Below, in pieces: positions 8,512 to 17,429 of a stretch of DNA of 28,136 nucleotides; position 1 is the first letter of the stretch; each line of letters begins with the position of its first letter. The stretch spans positions 1 to 28,136 of the forward strand of contig JACPWS010000066.1 in NCBI GenBank assembly GCA_016196925.1, given 5' to 3'. The notes beneath the pieces are model-generated. The model did not search any database and had not been told where the DNA came from. It was given only the letters and a program-made list of their open reading frames with translations. The position numbers and the translations under genes are program-made. Source of the stretch: Burkholderiales bacterium. Its GTDB lineage: Bacteria > Pseudomonadota > Gammaproteobacteria > Burkholderiales > Burkholderiaceae_D.

Positions 8512-9936
8512 ATGAACGCCACTGTAACTTCCACCCAAAATTCTTCCCAAGACTTCTACGTTGCCGACCTCAGCCTGGCTGATTGGGGCCGCAAGGAAAT
8601 CCGCATCGCCGAAACCGAGATGCCTGGCCTGATGGCGATACGCGAAGAGTTCGCCGCCGCCCAGCCCTTGAAAGGCGCGCGCATCACCGGTTCGCTGCAT
8701 ATGACGATCCAGACCGCGGTGCTGATCGAAACCCTGACCGCGCTCGGCGCGCAAGTGCGCTGGGCATCCTGCAATATCTATTCGACCCAGGACCATGCGG
8801 CGGCCGCGATTGCGGCCGGCGGCACGCCGGTGTTTGCATTCAAGGGTGAAAACCTCGATGAATACTGGGAATTCACGCACCGCATTTTCGAATGGACCGA
8901 CGGTGGCTACTCCAACATGATCCTGGATGACGGCGGCGATGCAACGCTGTTGCTGCATCTGGGCACGCGCGCCGAGAAAGATATTTCCGTGCTGGCGCAC
9001 CCCGGTTCGGAAGAAGAAATCTGCCTGTTCAACGCGATCAAGAAACATCTGGCGAGCGAGCCGGACTGGTATTCCAAGCGTCTGCCGCAGATCAAGGGCG
9101 TGACCGAGGAAACCACCACCGGCGTGCACCGCCTGTACCAGATGCACAAGGAAGGCAAACTGGCGTTCCCGGCGATTAACGTCAACGATTCCGTCACCAA
9201 GTCCAAGTTCGACAACCTGTACGGCTGCCGCGAATCGCTGGTGGACGGCATCAAGCGCGCCACCGATGTGATGATCGCCGGCAAGGTCGCGGTGATCGTC
9301 GGTTACGGCGACGTCGGCAAGGGTTGTGCGCAAGCGATGCGCGCGTTGTCGGCCCAGGTCTGGGTGACCGAGATCGACCCGATCTGCGCACTGCAGGCGG
9401 CGATGGAAGGTTTCCGGGTTGTTACCATGGATTATGCGGCCGAATTCGGCGACATCTTCGTGACCACCACCGGCAATTACCACGTCATCAGCCATGCGCA
9501 CATGCTGCAGATGAAGGACCAGGCCATCGTCTGTAACATCGGCCACTTCGACAATGAAATCGACGTCGCCTCGCTCAAGCAATACACCTGGGAAAACATC
9601 AAGCCGCAGGTCGATCACGTGATTTTCCCTTCCGGCCGCCGCATCATCCTGCTGGCCGAAGGCCGCCTGGTCAACCTCGGTTGCGGCACCGGCCATCCTT
9701 CGTATGTGATGAGCTCTTCGTTTGCCAACCAGACTATCGCCCAGATAGAATTGTTTGCGAACACGGCGCACTATCCGGTCGGCGTCTATACTTTACCCAA
9801 GCATCTCGATGAAAAAGTCGCGCGTCTGCAATTGAAGAAACTGAATGCGCAACTGAGCGTGCTGACCGAAGAGCAGGCCGCGTATATCGGCGTGAAAAAA
9901 GAAGGCCCTTACAAGCCGGATCATTATCGTTATTGA
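8512..9936 (+). CDS. ahcY: adenosylhomocysteinase
   Basis: 474 aa from the ATG at 8512, with AAGGAGG at 8500-8506. Typical AhcY sequence throughout, including the NAD-binding GYGDVGKG. The 5' ORF extension to 8338 covers the riboswitch and is not coding. Confidence 0.95.
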   Translation: MNATVTSTQNSSQDFYVADLSLADWGRKEIRIAETEMPGLMAIREEFAAAQPLKGARITGSLHMTIQTAVLIETLTALGAQVRWASCNIYSTQDHAAAAIAAGGTPVFAFKGENLDEYWEFTHRIFEWTDGGYSNMILDDGGDATLLLHLGTRAEKDISVLAHPGSEEEICLFNAIKKHLASEPDWYSKRLPQIKGVTEETTTGVHRLYQMHKEGKLAFPAINVNDSVTKSKFDNLYGCRESLVDGIKRATDVMIAGKVAVIVGYGDVGKGCAQAMRALSAQVWVTEIDPICALQAAMEGFRVVTMDYAAEFGDIFVTTTGNYHVISHAHMLQMKDQAIVCNIGHFDNEIDVASLKQYTWENIKPQVDHVIFPSGRRIILLAEGRLVNLGCGTGHPSYVMSSSFANQTIAQIELFANTAHYPVGVYTLPKHLDEKVARLQLKKLNAQLSVLTEEQAAYIGVKKEGPYKPDHYRY

Positions 9937-10226
9937 TAGCTGTAAGCAGAGCTGGTTGTGCCTGACGTAGTTTAATCAAGCAGTAGTCCTGGAATCCGTC
10001 GTTCCAGCGAAAGCTGGAACCCAGCGTCTTCCGTAAATCAAGCAACGACACTGGATTCCCCCTTGCAGGGCGCGCTTGAACATACAAGTTCAAGCCGTTA
10101 CGCAGGCGAGCAGCAAGCCGCTCGAATTCCCTGCTTCACCCTGCGCGGGAATGACGAATTCAGCAGCCGCTTGTTTTATTGAATACTTTGCGCAGCAACC
10201 AGCATTACAGAAAACGGAGTACTCCC

Positions 10227-10568
10227 ATGCGCCTACTCGCCACCTGGTTAATCAACGCCCTGGCCCTGCTGGCCATTCCTTACCTGATGCACACGGTCTC
10301 CATAGCTAACTTCGGCACGGCGCTGATCGTGGCGCTGGTGCTGGGCCTGGTGAATACCTTCATCCGCCCGCTGCTGGTGATACTGACACTGCCGGTCACC
10401 CTGATCACGCTGGGCTTGTTTGTGCTGGTGTTGAACGGCTTGCTGTTCTGGGCCGTGGCTAGCCTGGTGAGCGGCTTTCATGTGGCCGGATTCTGGGCTG
10501 CCGTCGGCGGCGCCTTGCTGTATAGCGTGATTTCCTGGACGCTCTCTACACTACTCTTGCAAAAATAA
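10227..10568 (+). CDS. phage-holin-family-4 / DUF360-like small membrane protein
   Basis: 113 aa from MRLLATW, with ACGGAG upstream and three to four TM helices. Sits in the position seen between ahcY and metF in related genomes (from memory). Confidence 0.7.
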   Translation: MRLLATWLINALALLAIPYLMHTVSIANFGTALIVALVLGLVNTFIRPLLVILTLPVTLITLGLFVLVLNGLLFWAVASLVSGFHVAGFWAAVGGALLYSVISWTLSTLLLQK

Positions 10569-10580
10569 TCAATACGCCTA

Positions 10581-11414
10581 ATGAATACGCCTAATTTCAG
10601 CATAGAATTTTTCCCGCCCAAGACCGCGGAAGGCGCAGAAAAATTGCGCGTGACCCGGGCCAAGCTGGCCGAGTTGCATCCGAAATATTTCTCCGTCACT
10701 TTCGGCGCCGGCGGCACCACCCAGCAAGGCACGCTCGATACCGTGCTGGAAATACGCCGCGAAGCTCATGAGGCGGCGCCGCACCTGTCTTGCGTAGGCG
10801 GCACGCGCGACTCTATCCGCGCGATCTTGCAGCAATACCAGGCGCACGACATCCGCCGCCTGGTGGCCTTGCGCGGCGATTTGCCGAGCGGCTACGGCGG
10901 CGGCGGCGAATTCCGCTACGCCAGCGAGCTGGTGGAATTCATCCGCGCCGAGACCGGCGATTGGTTTCATATCGAAGTCGCGGCTTACCCGGAAATGCAT
11001 CCGCAGGCGCGCTCGCCGCAAGACGACCTGAACAATTTCGTGCGCAAGATGCAGGCCGGCGCGAATGCCGCGATCACCCAGTATTTTTACAATGCCGACG
11101 CCTATTTCCGCTTCGTCGAAGAGACGCAAAAAGCCGGCATCAGCGCGCCTATCGTGGCCGGCGTCATGCCTATCACCAACAGCAGCCAGCTGCTGCGTTT
11201 CTCGGAAATGTGCGGCGCCGAAATCCCGCGCTGGATACGCCTGAAACTCGGCAGCTACGGGGACGACAGCGCCTCGATCAAGGCTTTCGGGCTGGATGTG
11301 GTCACGCACTTATGCGAACGCCTGCTGGCCGGCGGCGCGCCGGGCTTGCATTTCTATTCGCTGAACCAGGCGGCCGCCACCACCGCGATCTGGCAGCGCT
11401 TAAGTTCAGCGTAA
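10581..11414 (+). CDS. metF: methylenetetrahydrofolate reductase
   Basis: 277 aa. Begins FSIEFFPPKT and contains VTFGAGG, LRGD and AAYPE motifs typical of MetF. Confidence 0.93.
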   Translation: MNTPNFSIEFFPPKTAEGAEKLRVTRAKLAELHPKYFSVTFGAGGTTQQGTLDTVLEIRREAHEAAPHLSCVGGTRDSIRAILQQYQAHDIRRLVALRGDLPSGYGGGGEFRYASELVEFIRAETGDWFHIEVAAYPEMHPQARSPQDDLNNFVRKMQAGANAAITQYFYNADAYFRFVEETQKAGISAPIVAGVMPITNSSQLLRFSEMCGAEIPRWIRLKLGSYGDDSASIKAFGLDVVTHLCERLLAGGAPGLHFYSLNQAAATTAIWQRLSSA

Positions 11415-12308
11415 GCCCAGCCACAGCCCGAGCGGCACGAACAGGACGGCGGCGGCATTGCCGAGCAAGACGATGGAAGCGACCTTGTCCGGCTCTTGCC
11501 GATACTGCTCCGCCAGCATGAAGCAAAACACGGCCGGCGGCAGGGCGGCGAACAGATACATCTGGCCGCGCTGGCTGGCCGTCAGCGGCAGCACTTGCTC
11601 GAGCAGGAAGGCCATCAGCAAGCCGGCCAGCGGACAGGCCGCGGCACCGGTCAAGCCTATGCGCCAGCTGGCGAAATTGATGTCCAGCATGCGCACGCCG
11701 AGCGCAAACAGCATGATGGGGATGCAGGCGTCGCCGCTCATCTTCAGCGCCAGAAACAGGCTGGCCGGCAGCGCGATATGGAAGATCGCGAACGTCATGT
11801 CGGCCGCCATCGCCAGCATCATAGGGCTGCGCAGGAAGCGCCACGGGCTGTCGCGGTGGTCGGGGTGGCCGTGCTGTAGGATGCGGATGCCGACCGTGAA
11901 ATACACCAGGTTGCACGCCATGAACAGGGCGACCGCCGCCGACAGGCCGCCGGCGCCGAAGGCCAGCGCCGCCAGCGGCAAGCCCATATTGCCGCAATTG
12001 TTGTACATCATGGGCGGCACGAAACTGCGCACGTCGTAACCCAGCAGGCGCGCCAGCGGCCAAGCCAGCAAGCCTGAGCCGAGCGCAATCAGGGCGCCGG
12101 CCAGGATCAGCCAGCCGTTCCCTATCACATCGAAATCCCTGGCCGCCAGCGCCGTAAAGATCAGCAAAGGGCACAACACATCCATGCTGATGCGGTTCAC
12201 CGCCACCATGTCGGCGGCCGCGGCGGCGCCCTTGCGGCGCGCATACAGATAACCGAGGGCGACGACGATAAAGACTGGAAAGATGATGGCAAGGATGCGT
12301 TCTGACAC
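11406..12308 (-). CDS. AEC (auxin efflux carrier) family transporter
   Basis: 300-aa polytopic membrane protein with an AEC-like N-terminus (ILAIIFPVFIVVALGY). Its 3' end overlaps the metF 3' end by 9 bp (convergent). Confidence 0.8.
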   Translation of the reverse strand: MSERILAIIFPVFIVVALGYLYARRKGAAAAADMVAVNRISMDVLCPLLIFTALAARDFDVIGNGWLILAGALIALGSGLLAWPLARLLGYDVRSFVPPMMYNNCGNMGLPLAALAFGAGGLSAAVALFMACNLVYFTVGIRILQHGHPDHRDSPWRFLRSPMMLAMAADMTFAIFHIALPASLFLALKMSGDACIPIMLFALGVRMLDINFASWRIGLTGAAACPLAGLLMAFLLEQVLPLTASQRGQMYLFAALPPAVFCFMLAEQYRQEPDKVASIVLLGNAAAVLFVPLGLWLGLR

Positions 12309-12533
12309 GACTGGGCTCGCAAATGGATGAGCGGCTCAGTATCGCAGATTCTTGCGCCGGGCGTTTCCGGCGCGACTATGCCGCCTTTCGACGGTGCGAC
12401 GAATATCAGTGGTTGTCCCGAAGAATTTGCCATAAAATGAAAGCGCATCGCTTCTGCAAGCTTGATTTCCTGTATCGATCATCGCCAGCCTGAGACTTCA
12501 GGCTTTGCCGGCCTCACACGGAACAACCAAGTC

Positions 12534-13178
12534 ATGACTGAACTGAATGAGCAACAACAGCGCCTGACCATCAAACTGGTGTATTACGGCCCGGCGCTGT
12601 CGGGCAAGACCACCAACCTGACCCGCCTGCACGATATGCTTGCGCCCGAGCTCAAGGGCGAGATGATGACGCTGGAAACCGAAGGCGACCGCACGCTGTT
12701 TTTCGACTTGCTGCCGCTAGGTTTTACCGCACCCTCGGGCTTGACGATCAAGTTCAAGCTGTTCACCGTGCCCGGCCAGGTCGCGCACGACGGCACCCGC
12801 AAGGCGGTGTTGTCGCGCGCCGACGGCGTGATGTTTGTGGCCGATTCGCAAGCCAATCAAATTTACAATAACGGCGCTTCCTTCGATAACCTGATCGCGA
12901 ACGCCGGCATGGTCGGACTCGATCTGGCGACGCTGCCGCTGGTAGTGCAATTCAATAAACGCGACATGCCGGATATCCTGAGCGAGCAGCAAATCCTGGA
13001 GCGCTGGTCGCAGGCGCCGTGGCCGGTGTATTTCGCTTCGGCGCTGGAGGGCAGCGGCGTGCTGGAATCGTTCGATGCCTTGCTGGCCAGAATTTACGAT
13101 AATCTCGACGCTGAATTTTCTTTCGGCGGCCAACATGGCTTAAGCCGCGCAGCCTTTATCGCGGCAGTGCGGGGGTAG
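12534..13178 (+). CDS. MglA-family Ras-like small GTPase
   Basis: Motifs KLVYYGPALSGKTTNL (P-loop), GDRTLFFD (switch I with Arg/Thr), FTVPGQV (switch II Gln), MFVADSQ, QFNKRD (G4). These align nearly one-to-one with Myxococcus MglA as I recall it. Start chosen at MTELNEQ; a TTG at 12462 is an alternative. Confidence 0.85.
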   Translation: MTELNEQQQRLTIKLVYYGPALSGKTTNLTRLHDMLAPELKGEMMTLETEGDRTLFFDLLPLGFTAPSGLTIKFKLFTVPGQVAHDGTRKAVLSRADGVMFVADSQANQIYNNGASFDNLIANAGMVGLDLATLPLVVQFNKRDMPDILSEQQILERWSQAPWPVYFASALEGSGVLESFDALLARIYDNLDAEFSFGGQHGLSRAAFIAAVRG

Positions 13179-13180
13179 CG

Positions 13181-14413
13181 ATGGACCTGGCTCAATTCGA
13201 CCGTGACATTACGCTGGCCGAGTTATTGCGCGGCATTTCCGGCACCAGACTGAGTGCGGCGCTCGACCGCTCGCTGCGATCCAACTGGCGCCTGCTCGAC
13301 AGCAGCGGCAATGATTTGCTGTGTTCGCAAAACTTGCGCGACGAAGACGGCAGCTGGAATAGCGCGGTTTTGCGGGTGGAACTGGAAAGCATAGGCAGCC
13401 TGGCGGCCGAGTGCGAGCAAGCCGGGGTCGATACTTGTGCCGCCTGGCTTGAGCTGGTGCTGGCCGGCGCCCATCGCTACAGCATGGCGGCCGACCTGCA
13501 TCTGGAAACCGTCTTCACCAGCTACAAGGACTTGCAACGCGAACACGCGGCCTTGCAGGAATCCGAACAGCGTTACCGCGAACTGGCCGGGCAGCTCGAG
13601 CAAAGGGTGGCGGCCCAGGTGGTGTTGATAGAGCGCTCGCAGCGCCAGCTGTATCAAGCCGAGAAAATGGCCTCGGTCGGCAGCCTGGCGGCGGGCGTGG
13701 CGCATGAAATCAATAATCCTATCGGTTTCCTGCGCAGTAATTTAAGCACTGCGATCGACAATGCCGCCAGCATGCGCGAGGCGCTGCTGGCCTATCGGCG
13801 CGGCGACCCGGCGGCCGCGGAAAAAATCTGGAAAGCGAAAGACCTGAGCTTCATCCTCGACGATTTTCCTGTGCTGCTGGCCGAGTCGGTCGACGGCGCC
13901 GACCGCGTCGCGCGCATCGTCGCCAATCTGAAGGATTATGCCAACATCGACCAGACCGAAGTCAGCGCAGTCGATCTGAACGAGGTCATCCATACCGTGA
14001 TGCGCCTGATCGGCGACCAGCCGTGCGAGCAGATAGAGCTGGCGACCGATTTGCACCCCTTGCCGGCCATCGTCTGCGACCGCGGGCGCCTGAACCAGGT
14101 CTTGTTGTCGCTGCTGCAGAATGCTGTGCGCGCCCTGAGCGGGAAAGGCGCGATACGCGTTTCCAGCGCCGTGCAGGGCGAAGAAATCCGCATCGCCGTG
14201 CGCGACAACGGTTGCGGCATCGCGGCGGAAGCGCTGGCGCGCATCTTCGACCCGTTCTTTACCATGCAAGACGTCGGCAAGGGCACCGGGCTCGGCCTCA
14301 CCGTGAGCCAGGAAATCATCGCCAGTTACGGCGGCCATATCGAAGTGGAAAGCCAGGTCGGTATAGGCAGCACGTTCACGGTGTGCCTGCCGCTGCCGGT
14401 TGCGGCGAAATAA
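13181..14413 (+). CDS. soluble sensor histidine kinase (unassigned N-terminal domain, coiled coil, HisKA, HATPase_c)
   Basis: H-box AGVAHEINNPIGF, N-box LLQNAVRAL, G1 DNGCGI, F-box FDPFFT, G2 GTGLGL. No hydrophobic TM segment. The ATG is 2 nt after the GTPase stop. Confidence 0.9.
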   Translation: MDLAQFDRDITLAELLRGISGTRLSAALDRSLRSNWRLLDSSGNDLLCSQNLRDEDGSWNSAVLRVELESIGSLAAECEQAGVDTCAAWLELVLAGAHRYSMAADLHLETVFTSYKDLQREHAALQESEQRYRELAGQLEQRVAAQVVLIERSQRQLYQAEKMASVGSLAAGVAHEINNPIGFLRSNLSTAIDNAASMREALLAYRRGDPAAAEKIWKAKDLSFILDDFPVLLAESVDGADRVARIVANLKDYANIDQTEVSAVDLNEVIHTVMRLIGDQPCEQIELATDLHPLPAIVCDRGRLNQVLLSLLQNAVRALSGKGAIRVSSAVQGEEIRIAVRDNGCGIAAEALARIFDPFFTMQDVGKGTGLGLTVSQEIIASYGGHIEVESQVGIGSTFTVCLPLPVAAK

Positions 14414-14431
14414 TTTCCTGGAAAAGCAAGT

Positions 14432-16666
14432 ATGAGCACACCCGCCAATTTTTCCCACCTGTTCACCGGCGCCCCGGCGCCGGCGGCGACCGAATTGCCT
14501 AAAGCGAAGGCCTACCGCATCTTGCTGGTCGACGATGAGCCGAATGTCTTGTCTGCGCTCAGGCGCGTGTTCCGCCAGGAAAACTATGAAGTCGTCACTT
14601 GCCAGGCGCCGCAAGAGGCGCTAGAGCGGCTCGGGCGGGAAAAATTCCAGCTGATTATCAGCGATTACATGATGCCGGGCATGAACGGCGGCGAGCTGCT
14701 GAAGCAGGCGCGTGCCAATTTCCCCGACATGATACGCATCATGCTGACCGGTCATGCCGATGTCAACGCCGTGGTCGGCGCGGTGAAGACCGGCGCCGTT
14801 TACAAATTCATCCTCAAACCCTGGAATGACGACGATTTGCGCGTGACGGTCGCGCTGGCGCTGGAGCAGCATTCCTTGCTGGAGAAAAACAAGGCGCTGC
14901 AAAAGGAAAACCTGGAAAAATCGAGGGAAGTCGCGCAACTGGCGAAAATCAGCGTCAGCAATCGCAGCCAGCTGGCGTTCACCTTGAATAAACACGGCGT
15001 GCTGGGCGCGCAGCAATTGGAAGAACTGTTGAATTTGCAGCAGCAAAGCAAGGAGCCGGCGATCCGTTTGCTGGTAGAGCGCAACTGGGTCAGCGAGAAA
15101 ACCATCAGCGATTTCCTGGCCAGGGAAATGAAGCTGCAACAGGTGGCGCTGGCCGAATATGTGGTCGATCCGGCGGTCGCCGCACTGGTGCCGGCCGTGC
15201 TGTGTCATAAGCAACTGGTGCTGCCGCTGAGCATTAGCGATAAGCACTTGCTGATGGCGATGGCCGACCCGCTCGACGCCGGCCTGATCGAAGACTTGCG
15301 CTTCATCAGCGGCTTGGAAATCGTGCCGGTGCCGGCATCGATACACGCGATCACGGACAAGATATCTGAAGTGTACAAGCTCGGCGATTCCGATCTGTCC
15401 GACCTGGAAGTGGCGTTCGGCGTTTCCGACCCTTACGAAGGCATACAAATCGTCATCGACGAAGACGACGATTTGTCGCTGACCGAGTTGTTGCGCGAGA
15501 CCGAAGAGCCGCCGGCGATACGCCTGGTGAATTCCATCTTGCTGGAAGCGATACGGCTGGGCGCTTCCGACATCCATATCCAGCCGCGCGCAAAAAACGT
15601 GATCATACGCTTGCGCATCGACGGCGTGCTGACCGACAAGATGTTCATCCCGCACAATATGCATCAGTCCATCGTGTCGCGCATCAAGATCATGGCCGAA
15701 CTCGATATTTCCGAGCGGCGCCGGCCGCAGGACGGCCGCCTGACCGTGAAGACGCCGAAGCGCATCGTCGATTTGCGCGTCTCGGCCTTGCCGACCATCA
15801 ACGGCGAAAAGATCGTGATGCGCATACTGGACCGCAATTCCTCGGTGCTGAGCATGGACGGCCTCGGTTTCAGCGCCGCCAGCCTGGAGCGCATCCAGTA
15901 CGCCAGCGAAAAGCCGCAAGGCATCATCCTGGCGACCGGGCCCACCGGCAGCGGCAAGACCACCACGCTGTACAGCCTGCTGCAAAGCAATGCGTCCGTG
16001 GAAAAAAACTACCTGACCATAGAAGATCCGGTCGAATATTATCTGGACAGCGCCGGCCAGGTCCTGGTCAAGGAAAAGATAGGCTTGACGTTTCCGCTGA
16101 TTTTGCGCGCCATCTTGCGGCAAGACCCCGACGTCTTGCTGATCGGCGAAATCCGCGATTTCGAGACGGCCGAAGTGGCTTTCCATGCGGCGCTGACCGG
16201 GCACCAGGTATTTTCCACCTTGCATACGAATTCGGCGATCGCCACCGTTTCACGCCTGTTCGACCTAGGCCTGAAACCGTTTGTGATCGCGACCGCGCTG
16301 GAAGCCATCGTCGCCCAGCGTCTGGTGCGGAAAATCTGCGAAGTATGCCGCGAACCGGTGACGCCAGATTCCGCCGCGCTGCGCCGCCTCGGCGTGCGTT
16401 TCCAGCACGGACTCAAGCATTGTTTCAAAGGTCGCGGCTGCCAGGCTTGTTACCACACCGGGTATAAAGGGCGGATAGGGCTATATGAAGTGCTGAGCCC
16501 GGACGATCACATGCGCCACCTGATCGCGGGCGAGGCTGCCGTCACCGAAGTCGCGCAATACGCCAACGCCAAAGGCTTCACCACCCTGCGCGACGACGCC
16601 TTCGACAAAGTGCAGGCCGGCCTGACCACGCCGGAAGAAGTGCTGCGCGTGCTGGGGCCGGAATAA
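14432..16666 (+). CDS. response-regulator receiver fused to a T2SSE_N domain and a GspE/PilB-type secretion ATPase
   Basis: REC: LLVDDE, IISDYMMPG (Asp), MLTGH, FILKPW. T2SSE_N-like segment at about aa 190-320. ATPase: Walker A GPTGSGKTTT, Walker B DVLLIGEIRD, His box GHQVFSTLHTN, tetracysteine CEVC...CQAC. Confidence 0.9.
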   Translation: MSTPANFSHLFTGAPAPAATELPKAKAYRILLVDDEPNVLSALRRVFRQENYEVVTCQAPQEALERLGREKFQLIISDYMMPGMNGGELLKQARANFPDMIRIMLTGHADVNAVVGAVKTGAVYKFILKPWNDDDLRVTVALALEQHSLLEKNKALQKENLEKSREVAQLAKISVSNRSQLAFTLNKHGVLGAQQLEELLNLQQQSKEPAIRLLVERNWVSEKTISDFLAREMKLQQVALAEYVVDPAVAALVPAVLCHKQLVLPLSISDKHLLMAMADPLDAGLIEDLRFISGLEIVPVPASIHAITDKISEVYKLGDSDLSDLEVAFGVSDPYEGIQIVIDEDDDLSLTELLRETEEPPAIRLVNSILLEAIRLGASDIHIQPRAKNVIIRLRIDGVLTDKMFIPHNMHQSIVSRIKIMAELDISERRRPQDGRLTVKTPKRIVDLRVSALPTINGEKIVMRILDRNSSVLSMDGLGFSAASLERIQYASEKPQGIILATGPTGSGKTTTLYSLLQSNASVEKNYLTIEDPVEYYLDSAGQVLVKEKIGLTFPLILRAILRQDPDVLLIGEIRDFETAEVAFHAALTGHQVFSTLHTNSAIATVSRLFDLGLKPFVIATALEAIVAQRLVRKICEVCREPVTPDSAALRRLGVRFQHGLKHCFKGRGCQACYHTGYKGRIGLYEVLSPDDHMRHLIAGEAAVTEVAQYANAKGFTTLRDDAFDKVQAGLTTPEEVLRVLGPE

Positions 16667-16707
16667 GCCCTTGTCAGCCTTAGTGAAATGCAGATTAAAT
16701 CAAAAGA

Positions 16708-16780
16708 CGTCATTCCCGCGAAAGCGGGAATCCATGTAGATCAAACACTTAGGTGGATCCCCGCTTTCGCGGGGATGACG
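16708..16780. repeat. inverted pair of REP-like elements (CGTCAT[T/C]CCCGCGAAAGCGGG[A/G]ATCC)
   Basis: Copies at 16708-16733 and, in reverse orientation, 16755-16780. Each is a GAAA-loop hairpin. They lie between convergent genes, so they are a likely bidirectional terminator or REP. Confidence 0.75.
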
Positions 16781-16804
16781 AAATCGGAATAAATCCGTGT
16801 TTCC

Positions 16805-17287
16805 TTAGCCCGCCTTGCCCGCCTTCAGCACCGCATAGTCGAGCGGCAGTGCAGTCGTGCTCTTAATCACTTCCATCACAAAGCTGGAGCTGACGTCTTG
16901 CAGGTCGGCCACCTTGACCAGTTTTTTATACACGAAATCGAAGCCGGCCATGTCCGGCACATGCACCTTCAACAGGTAATCGATATCGCCGCTCATGCGG
17001 AAAATCTCGACGATTTCCGGGATGTCGCGCACCCCGGCGATGAAGCGCTGCATCCACTTTTCATTGTGCTGGGCGGCCTTCAGCGCCACCATCACCGTCA
17101 GGCCCAGATTCAGCCTGACCGGATCGCATAAGGCCACCTGGCGCCGTATCACGCCATCTTCCTGCAATTTTTGCAAGCGCCGCCAGCACGGCGTGACCGA
17201 TAAATGCACGGCTTGCGCCAGGTCGGCCAGGGCTATCGACGCATCTTTTTGCATTAAATTTAAAATTTCTAGATCTTTTTTATCCAT
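16805..17287 (-). CDS. Lrp/AsnC-family transcriptional regulator
   Basis: 160 aa with an N-terminal HTH (DLEILNLMQKD...LADLAQAVHLSVTPCWRRLQKLQEDGVI) and a C-terminal RAM/AsnC_trans_reg domain. Divergent from metC. Confidence 0.9.
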   Translation of the reverse strand: MDKKDLEILNLMQKDASIALADLAQAVHLSVTPCWRRLQKLQEDGVIRRQVALCDPVRLNLGLTVMVALKAAQHNEKWMQRFIAGVRDIPEIVEIFRMSGDIDYLLKVHVPDMAGFDFVYKKLVKVADLQDVSSSFVMEVIKSTTALPLDYAVLKAGKAG

Positions 17288-17429
17288 GATTTAACATTAT
17301 TAGAAAATTTTTCTCAAAATAGCATAAAAACGCCAGGGTTTTAGTAAAAATTTCCGTTCCATGCTTGTTACGATGCAGGTCTGAACGGCATTGCAGCTAG
17401 CGTGCCGGATAACGCCACGGAAACGCACC

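Noticed and set aside
11406-11414. 9-bp overlap of the convergent 3' ends of metF and the AEC transporter.
   Set aside because: The overlap is real in the sequence, but it is a common compact arrangement and not evidence of anything unusual.
12462-12533. TTG-initiated 24-codon extension of the GTPase ORF.
   Set aside because: MglA-family proteins start a few residues before the P-loop strand, and the ATG at 12534 gives that spacing. The extension is not family-like. The start remains somewhat uncertain because neither site has a strong SD.
14621-16225. 534-aa minus-strand ORF antisense to the REC-GspE ATPase. Similar long antisense or off-frame ORFs occur at 8464-9771, 17397-18782, 18721-20313, 21698-22852, 22833-23813, 6354-7103, 7146-7988, 10578-11309 and 13742-14614.
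   Set aside because: They are Arg/Ala/Gly/His-rich low-complexity translations with no motifs. Each lies opposite a gene with strong family signatures. These are typical shadow ORFs of GC3-rich coding DNA.
12309-17290. Search for an MglB/Roadblock-LC7 gene, PilC/GspF platform, pilin or secretin next to the GTPase-HK-ATPase operon.
   Set aside because: No ORF in any frame of the flanking intergenic regions (12309-12533, 16667-16804) is long enough or resembles these families. The neighbours are an AEC transporter and Lrp/metC.
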